Shown: positions 34,231 through 42,001 of the stretch, in pieces | Numbering within the stretch: position 1 is the first letter of the stretch | How the letters are laid out: the number at the start of each line of letters is the position of its first letter | Assembly (NCBI GenBank): GCA_964552755.1 | Contig: CAZKHX010000002.1 | Span: 88,903 to 152,902 of the forward strand | DNA from: Candidatus Micrarchaeota archaeon | Lineage (GTDB): Archaea > Micrarchaeota > Micrarchaeia > Anstonellales > Bilamarchaeaceae | DNA length: 64,000 nt | Direction of reading: 5' to 3' | The notes under the pieces: model-generated | Databases searched by the model: none | What the model was told of the DNA's origin: nothing | Seen by the model: only the letters and a program-made list of their open reading frames with translations | Made by a program: the position numbers and the translations under genes

Positions 34231-34707
34231 CTAATTCTCCACAAGCACCTTCCCGAACATCTCGCCGTTTGTCCCGCAATGGTAGTCGTATTCCCCGCTT
34301 TCTTTGAAAGTAACCGAATACGTGTCCCCCATGTCGAGGCTGCCGCTCTGGAAGAGCCCGCCTTCCTCAAGCCCCTTCTGCGGGTCGCTCACAATGCTGC
34401 ATGGCTCGTCATCCTCGTTTATCCACACAACTGTAGTCCCCGGCTCCACGGTGAGCACCTCGGGCCAGAACTGGGAATGCCTTACGTAGATGGGCGCGTC
34501 CTCCGGCCCCAGCACATTCCCAGGGGATTCCTCAACTGCGGCCCCCGCGCCCCCGCCTCCGGAATCAGAACTGCCGGAACCTCCATCCCCGGAGCCGCCG
34601 GCCCCCGAAGCGCCATCCCCTGCACCTCCGGATGCCGCATTTCCCCCTTCCATCGCGCAGCCGCCCAGCAGGAGCAGCCAAAGCGCCAATACAGCCAATA
34701 TTTTCAT
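34231..34707 (-). CDS. Cupredoxin-fold (plastocyanin/amicyanin-like) lipoprotein-like protein with non-canonical ligand pattern
   Basis: Signal/lipobox-like MKILAVLALWLLLLGGC, a G/S-rich linker, then TVVWINEDDEPCSIVSD...GEYDYHCGTNGEMFGKVLV. Start set at ATG 34707. Confidence 0.6.
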   Translation of the reverse strand: MKILAVLALWLLLLGGCAMEGGNAASGGAGDGASGAGGSGDGGSGSSDSGGGGAGAAVEESPGNVLGPEDAPIYVRHSQFWPEVLTVEPGTTVVWINEDDEPCSIVSDPQKGLEEGGLFQSGSLDMGDTYSVTFKESGEYDYHCGTNGEMFGKVLVEN

Positions 34708-34711
34708 AGTA

Positions 34712-35344
34712 TCACGCAAGCGTAATCTCAATCCTCTCCTTCCCCGCGCCTATGTTCTTCCTCTTCAATTTTATCTTACCTATCTCCTTCGCGTCCCGCG
34801 GGTGCGTTCCCCCGCACGGGCACCTGAATCCCCCGCACTCCCACCACCTCCTCATCGGGTCCGCATCATCCGCATGGGTCCTGATGGGATGGGATTCGGA
34901 AACAAACGCATTCGCCTCTTCCTCAATCCCCGGAAGGAGCGGTCCAATTGACTCGGGGTATTCGTAGTCAATCCTCGCCTTTTCCTCGGTAACATTGGAC
35001 CCGATCAATTTCCTGGTAGACAGCCTCTTCTCGGCAATGAACCATACAATGTGCGCGGCGGAGTGCAGCCTCATTATCCTCCCCCTCTTCCCCCAGTCTA
35101 CCTCAACTTCAACCTCGTCCCCTGCACCGAATTCCGGCTCACGTTCCAATGTATATGCTATTGTTTCCCCCTTCTTCTCCGCCCTCTCCACCGGGATGCC
35201 GCCGATGCTCCCCGAATCAGACTGCTGCCCCCCGGAAAACGCAAAGAAGCAGGTACTTTCCAGCTCAACCCCCTTCCCATCGACCTTTTTCACTTTCGCC
35301 CTGCAGCTCTTCATGTAAGGGTCTTCCCAGAAAAGCCTCCTCAT
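34712..35344 (-). CDS. alaX: Alanyl-tRNA editing protein AlaX
   Basis: 210 aa from ATG 35344. Editing-domain zinc motifs MRLHSAAH and CGGTH (FRCPCGGTHP). This is only the 3' third of the 654-aa track ORF. Confidence 0.8.
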   Translation of the reverse strand: MRRLFWEDPYMKSCRAKVKKVDGKGVELESTCFFAFSGGQQSDSGSIGGIPVERAEKKGETIAYTLEREPEFGAGDEVEVEVDWGKRGRIMRLHSAAHIVWFIAEKRLSTRKLIGSNVTEEKARIDYEYPESIGPLLPGIEEEANAFVSESHPIRTHADDADPMRRWWECGGFRCPCGGTHPRDAKEIGKIKLKRKNIGAGKERIEITLA

Positions 35345-35404
35345 GCAAATCAATTGAAGTGAAAACCTTTTTATGCGCAACTGCTTTATCCTAGCGGTGC
35401 AGAC

Positions 35405-36814
35405 ATGGTCTACGGCGGATACGGCTATTACGACCCAAAATACAGGCCGAAAGAGGACACGGATTTCGTGGTGCTCTTCTGGGCAAAGGGCTCCATGCCC
35501 ATAGAGAAGATCGCGGAAGCGATTGCCGCGGAAAGCAGCGTCGGCTCCTGGACCAAGCTCCAGACAATGAACGACTTCGTCTGGAAGCACTACCGCGCCC
35601 GCGTGTTCCGCATAGACAAGGTGACGAAGAACAGCGGCTTCATGCGCATCGCCTACCCCCTCGAGCATTTCGACGCCAAGAACGTGATGCAGTTCCAGGC
35701 CTCGGTGCTCGGCAACATATTCGGCCTGAAGGAACTGGAAGAGCTCTACGTTTTCGACATCTCCTTCCCCTCCAAATACCAGAAGCAGTTCAGGGGCCCC
35801 TATGCGGGCGTGGAAGGCATAAGGAAGCTCGCGGGCACGCAGAAGTCCCGGCGCCCCCACGTAGGCACCATAGTGAAGCCGAAAGTCGGCCTCGCCCCGA
35901 AGGAATGGGCCAATGTCGCATACGAATCCTTCGCAGGCGGCCTCGACCTGGTAAAGGACGATGAGAACCTCGTCGACCAGGATTTCTGCAGGTGGAAGGA
36001 CCGCCTGCACGAAACCGTGAAGGCAATCGAAAAGGCAGAAGGCGAAACCGGCCAGCGCCACCTCTATTCCTGCAACATAACCGACCGATTCTACCGCATG
36101 GTCGAGCGCCTTGAATACCTCCGGGAGCTTGGCCTCCAGAAAAACATACTGGTAATGCTTGACGTATACGTAATGGGCATGAGCGCCCTGCAGGACGTGC
36201 TCTCCCTCACCCGCCAGTACAAATTCGCAACCCACGGCCACCGCGCGGGCTTTGCCGCCGCAAACCGCGGCAGCTTCGGGGTGAATTTCCAGATATATGA
36301 AAAGTTCTACCGCCTCCTCGGAATAGACCAGATGCACATTGGCACCGGAGTGGGCAAGATGGAGGGCACCGCCCTCATGATACGCCGCCTCCGCGACATT
36401 GCGGAAGAGCAGGGCCTGAAAGAGAAGATGTACTTTGGCTCCCTCGAAATGCAGTTCGGGAAGCACATCAGCCCGATGCTCGCGATTGCCTCCGGCGGCG
36501 TGGATGCCGGCAAGGTGGACGCATTGGTTGCCCTGCAGGGCAAAGATGTAAACATCCAGGCGGGCGCCGGCGTGCACGGCCACCCCGGGGGCACCCGCAG
36601 GGGTGCGATGTCCATGCGCCAGGCGGTTGATGCTGTGATGGAAGGCGTTCCCGCGCCGAAGTACGCGAAGGCGCACCCCGAGCTTGCGCAGGCGCTGAAG
36701 CAGTGGGGCTACTTCAACCCCTCAAAGATAAAGGCGGAACTTGCCTACGAGAAGAAGAACGCGAAAAAGCTCACTGCGGCCGCGCTGAAGAAGGGCAGGA
36801 AAGGCACTCTTTAG
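35405..36814 (+). CDS. rbcL: RuBisCO large subunit, form III(-like)
   Basis: GTIVKPKVGL, GGLDLVKDDENL (carbamylated Lys motif), HGHRAG, GTGVGKMEG and ASGGV. No small subunit or PRK in the window. Confidence 0.88.
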   Translation: MVYGGYGYYDPKYRPKEDTDFVVLFWAKGSMPIEKIAEAIAAESSVGSWTKLQTMNDFVWKHYRARVFRIDKVTKNSGFMRIAYPLEHFDAKNVMQFQASVLGNIFGLKELEELYVFDISFPSKYQKQFRGPYAGVEGIRKLAGTQKSRRPHVGTIVKPKVGLAPKEWANVAYESFAGGLDLVKDDENLVDQDFCRWKDRLHETVKAIEKAEGETGQRHLYSCNITDRFYRMVERLEYLRELGLQKNILVMLDVYVMGMSALQDVLSLTRQYKFATHGHRAGFAAANRGSFGVNFQIYEKFYRLLGIDQMHIGTGVGKMEGTALMIRRLRDIAEEQGLKEKMYFGSLEMQFGKHISPMLAIASGGVDAGKVDALVALQGKDVNIQAGAGVHGHPGGTRRGAMSMRQAVDAVMEGVPAPKYAKAHPELAQALKQWGYFNPSKIKAELAYEKKNAKKLTAAALKKGRKGTL

Positions 36815-36869
36815 GCGCTTAAATACACTTTTAAACAGTTTCAAACAGTAGTATTTAGGGGATAAGCAA

Positions 36870-37514
36870 ATGAAAGTCCACTATAATGCAGGAAAGGGGA
36901 ACGGGAGCGAATCAAAATCTGCAGGCAGGAAATCAGCTGTTGCACTTGTTTTCGCATCTGCCGCGCTTTTGCTAAGCGGGACCTCGGTTGCGGTGAACTG
37001 GGACCGCGTAAAGGCCACGTGTGGGAAGGCACATTCCGCGCTTGTCGGCACGCAGGCGCCTAATCCGGAAGCAAAGGAGGAGGCTCCGGCCAAATCCATG
37101 TCAGCGCCCATTTCTCCGCCCGAAGCCAAGGGAGGGGGCGCGCTGGAACAGACAAATGAGGAATGGATTGAGGAGCACTTCGGGAAAAAGCAGGCACCTG
37201 AGGGGCAGAAGCCGCCAACAATAAAAATTATCAAGCAACCGGCAGCTGAAGCCGGGCCACTCAGGATAGAGCCATGGCAGCTTCCGGATTACCATGGCAA
37301 AAAGGCGAAAAAGAAGCCCAATGCCGGAGGCAGTGGTTCAGAAGGTTATGGCAGCTCTTCCGGGGAAGGGGGCTTCGTACCCCCGCCCACCGCAGTTGCA
37401 GGGAGCACCGGGAAGTCCGGCTCCGCGTCCACACCGAAAAAAGCCCCCGCAACTTCCGCAGAGGAGCTCCCCGAGGGCTTCACGCCGCCGCCTACTGCGG
37501 TGGCGGGCAAGTAG
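36870..37514 (+). CDS. Hypothetical membrane-anchored low-complexity protein
   Basis: One TM (AVALVFASAALLLSG), a K/E/P/A-rich ectodomain and a duplicated C-terminal motif GF(V/T)PPPTAVAG. Confidence 0.45.
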   Translation: MKVHYNAGKGNGSESKSAGRKSAVALVFASAALLLSGTSVAVNWDRVKATCGKAHSALVGTQAPNPEAKEEAPAKSMSAPISPPEAKGGGALEQTNEEWIEEHFGKKQAPEGQKPPTIKIIKQPAAEAGPLRIEPWQLPDYHGKKAKKKPNAGGSGSEGYGSSSGEGGFVPPPTAVAGSTGKSGSASTPKKAPATSAEELPEGFTPPPTAVAGK

Positions 37515-37994
37515 CTATCTCTTTTTCTTCTCCGTTTCCAGCGGGTTGTACTCGTCCGGAGTCTTGTAGGCGTAAAGCACGAGGTGCGTGTTCGTCCTAT
37601 ATACCCATTTGTTGTCCTCTATCCGCCTCAGCAGCGCGCTCAGCCCGTCCCTGTCCTTCACGTACGCCACTACGATTACGTCGTAATCCCCGGTGCACGC
37701 ATACACTGCCTGCACCTCCGGGATTTCCCAAAGCTCCTTCAGCTGGGGAAGGTCCCCAACCCTGCCCTTATTGACGCGCACCATGACGACCACGTGCAGG
37801 TCGTACCCCAGCTTCTTGTAGTCCGCCGCGGCCATGTACTTCTTTATCACCCCGCCTTTCTCCATTTTCTTTATCCTCTGCATCAGGGTGTTGGTGTGCA
37901 CCTTCAGCTTCTTCGCAAGCTCCCTGTGCGGGATTTTCGCATCCTTTATCAGGTTAAATAATATATCTTTATCCAATTTATCGAGCTCTTTCAT
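37515..37994 (-). CDS. Lrp/AsnC-family transcriptional regulator
   Basis: LDKDILFNLIKDAKIPHRELAKKLKVHTNTLMQRIKKMEKGGVIKKY HTH plus a RAM domain. Confidence 0.88.
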   Translation of the reverse strand: MKELDKLDKDILFNLIKDAKIPHRELAKKLKVHTNTLMQRIKKMEKGGVIKKYMAAADYKKLGYDLHVVVMVRVNKGRVGDLPQLKELWEIPEVQAVYACTGDYDVIVVAYVKDRDGLSALLRRIEDNKWVYRTNTHLVLYAYKTPDEYNPLETEKKKR

Positions 37995-38081
37995 GTGTTT
38001 TCACCTATAAATATTCTAATTATATGTGTTAAACCACACCTTTTTTAAATATTGCTGTGCACAATACATAGCGGGGTAAAC

Positions 38082-39422
38082 ATGGTTTCAGCAAGGCCAG
38101 GGGTTGTAATCGGGGAAAAGGGAAGAAGGAACGGCGCGCAGTTCAGGGGCAGGATAAGGGATGCCTCGCGCGAAGCGGAGATAAGGCAGCTCAGGGGCTT
38201 CCTTGCGGAAATGCAGCAGAACCTTGCCGCTGCCCAGAAGCGGCTTGACGCGCTGCTGGGGGCGGGGCATGAGCGGATTACCGTGACTTTCATAGAAAAC
38301 GACCTCCCTCTGGCCGCGCTGCCCATGGAAACGGGCGGCATGCCGTTCAGCCCGAAGGCGCTGCCTGCGAGGGGAACCCCGGAGCGCATTGAAGAAACCG
38401 GGCGCACAGTTGAACCGAAGCGCATTGAGGAACTCAAATGTGCGGCGGAACCAGTGCACGCGGAGGAAGCCGCTCACACCGCAGAGAATGCGCCGTATGA
38501 AAAATGGCTGTGGTCCTGGGCGCTCATAAAGAAAATCGCAAGGCGCGCGGAGGGGCAGGATTTCTCCAGCGAGAGGGTGGAGGACTTCGCCAGGAACGTC
38601 GTGCTCAACGAATCCGACCTCGACATGCTGGAGATGAGGATGCACGCGGAAAGCGACTGGAAGGCATTGGGCGCTTTCCTGGAGAGCCTTTATGATTTTG
38701 CGGAGATGGAGGCAATCCCCGCAGTTGCCCTGCCTGCGCTCAGGGGCGCGATAAGGGAATGCAGGCACATCAACCTGAAGATAGACGGGATAGATTTCGA
38801 TATATACGCGCTCAATGCGGCGATGGCCGTTGCGAAGATGGTGATGGCCGGCGAGGTGGACATCGGGGATACCCGGATAGATGCGGACGGGCAGTACCTT
38901 TCCGAATGGATTGCAAGGGCAAGCGGAGCGGCCATCCCGGAAACCATGGAAATCGGCTTTGGTGCGGAAGACGCTCCGGTAAGGGTTGGCAGAGGCAGGT
39001 TTGCAAGGGCCGCGGCAATCGGCGCAAGCGTGCTGGGGCTGGCCGCTGCGTCCTTCGCGGGATGGATGCTCCTGAGGCCGGTGCCCGGGAGCGATGCCGA
39101 AATGCCAAATGGGCAGAATGCCGCCGTTTCCGCAGAGCCTTCTGTTGTTGCATCCGCTGCGGGAACATCGCCCTCTGCAGCGGCGCAGCAGCCTGAAGCA
39201 AAATCGAAGGCAGCGGAAGAAGTGCCGGGGAAAGCCGATGCTGCCCCTGAAGGAACCAGCGCGCCTGCGGAAAAACCCGGTAAAAAAGCGAAAGCAGCGC
39301 ATAGTGCTCACAAGGGAAAAGGGCCGGGCGAAAAGCCGGTTCCGCACCCGCACAAAAAGAAAGCCGGGCACAATCAGGCCCTGCAGGCAAAGCCCGCAGG
39401 GATAGATTTGGACGAGTGGTGA
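38082..39422 (+). CDS. Hypothetical protein with single TM and basic/Ala-Pro-rich C-terminal tail
   Basis: Start set at ATG 38082 (the track start is a TTG), about 30 nt downstream of TTTAAATA. TM AAAIGASVLGLAAASFAGWMLL. The stop overlaps the next ATG (TGATG). The antisense 427-aa ORF looks like a shadow. Confidence 0.5.
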   Translation: MVSARPGVVIGEKGRRNGAQFRGRIRDASREAEIRQLRGFLAEMQQNLAAAQKRLDALLGAGHERITVTFIENDLPLAALPMETGGMPFSPKALPARGTPERIEETGRTVEPKRIEELKCAAEPVHAEEAAHTAENAPYEKWLWSWALIKKIARRAEGQDFSSERVEDFARNVVLNESDLDMLEMRMHAESDWKALGAFLESLYDFAEMEAIPAVALPALRGAIRECRHINLKIDGIDFDIYALNAAMAVAKMVMAGEVDIGDTRIDADGQYLSEWIARASGAAIPETMEIGFGAEDAPVRVGRGRFARAAAIGASVLGLAAASFAGWMLLRPVPGSDAEMPNGQNAAVSAEPSVVASAAGTSPSAAAQQPEAKSKAAEEVPGKADAAPEGTSAPAEKPGKKAKAAHSAHKGKGPGEKPVPHPHKKKAGHNQALQAKPAGIDLDEW

Positions 39423-41929
39423 TGTTTATGAAAGGCAATTCAAGGACTATTGGGGTTGGGAAGGGGATGCAGGGAATCGGGGCTGCTGCGCCCGCGGAGC
39501 GGACATTCGGGAAGCGCATGCTTGAGGGGCCGCTTTCGCTTGCATGGAAACTGCCCGCAGCGGCACTTGGCGCATACCTGCTAATTGCGAGCCCGGCAGT
39601 GCGCAACGCCGCTGAGAATCTCTTCGGCCCAAGGCCGGCCGCTGCGGCGGAATCGGACTTCTACGGGTTCGACCTGAGTGAAACCCCTGGCCTAGGAATG
39701 GCATATGCGGAAGTGGGGGACAAGGAAAAGGCGAAGAAGATAGCGAACAAGCTGCTCAAGAAAGCGAAAGGCGATGATTTCATAGACGGTGCGGCGGAAA
39801 TCTTCATGAAGCTGGGCGACAGGCAGGGCATAAAGGCATGCATCTCCCTGCTGGAAAAGGATGCAGTTTATTCCGAAGCCGGCGAGCAGCATCTGGCGGC
39901 CCGGCTGTACAAGTCTCTGCACGGCCTTTCTTCAGGGGACGAAAGGGAAAAATACAGGGAAAAAGCGCTCGAGGCGCTGGATGGCGCTCCACAGGGCCCG
40001 GAGTCCGCCCTCCTCTACCTTGAGCTGGGCGAACGCGAAAGGGCAAAGGCGGCGATGGATGCCGCAGAGCAGGAGATAACCAAGCATTTCGACCTCAAGG
40101 GCAAGTACATAATGCCCGGAGAGCAGGAGTTCTTTGAAAACGCCCTACGGGCCTACCTGGAGCTTGGGGATGCGGAGAAAGTGGCTATGCTCGTCAAATA
40201 TGCAAAGGCAAAGGACCGCTTTACCCCCGGCGCATCAGTGGGCATTTTAACCTCCGTCGGCCTCTATGATGATGCACTATGGATTGTGGAAAATGCCGAG
40301 AAAAACGGAGAATCCCTGGGCGTCATGGGCGAAGAGCTAAAAGCCGTCCTTTACGCACGCAAGGCGGCCAGCATGGGCTGCTACGTAATCTGGGGCGAGG
40401 GCGGCTCGGTAAAGGTGTTCGTGCCGGAAGAGCTGGCAGAAAATGAAGAGCTCAGGCAGATGCTCAAGCTCGATTCTATAGAACGAAGCAGGGAGCTGGC
40501 AAAATGGCTTGAAAAGAGGGGCAGCCCCGGAACGGCCGAATCGAAAGACGCAAAGCAAGCCTTACAGTATATCGAAAAAGCAATGGAGATTGCACACCAG
40601 ATGGACTGGAAATACCCATCTGCGCTCGTATATTATGAGCTGGGCATGGAAAACGCAATGAATGAGGTCCTCGACGCCCTTGAAATCGGGGGGGAGTTCA
40701 ATGAAGCAGCGGACATAGCGCTGCTTCTCGGAGACAAGGAACGCGCCTCCAAGAACCTTGATAAGGCAATATGGCGCGAGAGCCTCCCGGGCTGGAGCCC
40801 GTATATTGGCATGGGCATGGACTATGCCACAAAAGTGGAATATGCGGAGGCATTTGCAAAAATGGGGAAGAAGGGCGAGAAATGGGCGAGGCAGATATCC
40901 GAAGGGCTTCTCTGGGACGATGAGCCGGAGACCTCCGCGCAGGCTCTCCTCGCCGCCAGGGACCAAAAAGGCATGGAATCCGTCCTCGAATGGAACAAAG
41001 CCGTGGACGCACTGGATTCGGCCACGGTCGCGGAGCTGGAATGCTCGCTCTGGGAACTTTCAGGTAATGAGGCGCTCCGCAACGATGCAATGCACTCCGC
41101 CGAATGGCAGGCGGAAGAATCAAGCCTGTACATAAACGCCCTCTTTATTGACATCTCGGACGGCAAAAAGCCTTCCGATGGGAGGATGCACGAGATATTC
41201 ACCCGGGAGTATTCGAAAGCAGTCCGTGCGGTCAACGTGCTCATTAAGCTGGGCGAGACAGAAAAGGCAAGGAAGGCGTACGAGAGCACTTTCTGGTGGT
41301 CAGAGGGTTTCAAAGAAAGTGAAGATGTGCACATTGAGGTTCCCGCGGAGCTTGCATATGAGCTGACCAAAGTGGAGCACCTCCTGGGCGGGGGGTTCGA
41401 AAAGGGTCCGCTTTACGATTTCCTGGTGGCCGGAAACTTCCATATGCAGTTCAAGGGGGCGGCGTTCGAAGGGGAATATGGGCTTGCGGAGCAATATTCG
41501 CAGTATCTCAGCCCAAAGGACCCCGAGGCGATGTTCTCCCTTGCAAATTTCTACATCCAGCGGCCCAAGGAAGGGGAAGCGGAAAAAGCCGCAGACCTTG
41601 AAAAGGCATACCAGGTTGCAAAGGGGATTGAGGACTACGACGACATGCTGGCAGGGATTGCCTATGCGCTGCTGGGGAAAACCGGTGATGCCATGAGGTG
41701 CATAAACTCCATGAAGGAAGATGGCGGGGCTTACGATTTTGCCTATGAAATCTCCCGGGTCTACCTTGCGCTTGGAATTAAAGACAAGGCCCGGGAGAGC
41801 CTTGTCAGGGGCTGGAGGTACGAAAACGGCTATTATGACAAGGATTCCGAAGATGGCTGCCTGGAAACAAAAGGCTGGGCCGGGCCGGTCACAGAGTGCC
41901 CCGGTGAAATGGGCGGCTATGCCGATTAG
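39422..41929 (+). CDS. Large alpha-helical repeat (TPR/HEAT-like) protein with N-terminal TM
   Basis: About 835 aa. It has an N-terminal hydrophobic segment (AAALGAYLLIASPAV) and recurrent LELGD/LELGE...A helix-pair repeats (YLELGERERAKAAMDAAEQ, YLELGDAEKVAMLVKYAK, YLALGIKDKARESL). Confidence 0.5.
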   Translation: MFMKGNSRTIGVGKGMQGIGAAAPAERTFGKRMLEGPLSLAWKLPAAALGAYLLIASPAVRNAAENLFGPRPAAAAESDFYGFDLSETPGLGMAYAEVGDKEKAKKIANKLLKKAKGDDFIDGAAEIFMKLGDRQGIKACISLLEKDAVYSEAGEQHLAARLYKSLHGLSSGDEREKYREKALEALDGAPQGPESALLYLELGERERAKAAMDAAEQEITKHFDLKGKYIMPGEQEFFENALRAYLELGDAEKVAMLVKYAKAKDRFTPGASVGILTSVGLYDDALWIVENAEKNGESLGVMGEELKAVLYARKAASMGCYVIWGEGGSVKVFVPEELAENEELRQMLKLDSIERSRELAKWLEKRGSPGTAESKDAKQALQYIEKAMEIAHQMDWKYPSALVYYELGMENAMNEVLDALEIGGEFNEAADIALLLGDKERASKNLDKAIWRESLPGWSPYIGMGMDYATKVEYAEAFAKMGKKGEKWARQISEGLLWDDEPETSAQALLAARDQKGMESVLEWNKAVDALDSATVAELECSLWELSGNEALRNDAMHSAEWQAEESSLYINALFIDISDGKKPSDGRMHEIFTREYSKAVRAVNVLIKLGETEKARKAYESTFWWSEGFKESEDVHIEVPAELAYELTKVEHLLGGGFEKGPLYDFLVAGNFHMQFKGAAFEGEYGLAEQYSQYLSPKDPEAMFSLANFYIQRPKEGEAEKAADLEKAYQVAKGIEDYDDMLAGIAYALLGKTGDAMRCINSMKEDGGAYDFAYEISRVYLALGIKDKARESLVRGWRYENGYYDKDSEDGCLETKGWAGPVTECPGEMGGYAD

Positions 41930-42001
41930 CCGCGCCTTCCCGCCATCGGCAACACCCCCCACCAACCTTTTTTAACATGACACCCTAATACTATCAATCC
42001 T

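Noticed and set aside
35345-36676. Upper two thirds of the 654-aa minus-strand track ORF (34712..36676)
   Set aside because: Only the last 210 codons (34712-35344, from an internal ATG) show AlaX motifs. The rest is Ala/Gly/His/Val-rich with no motifs and lies exactly antisense to the well-supported RuBisCO gene, so it is a GC-rich shadow ORF.
38088-39371. 427-aa minus-strand ORF
   Set aside because: It is Arg/Pro/Gly/Phe-rich antisense-type sequence. The plus-strand frame has a TM helix, a plausible promoter and translational coupling to the next gene.
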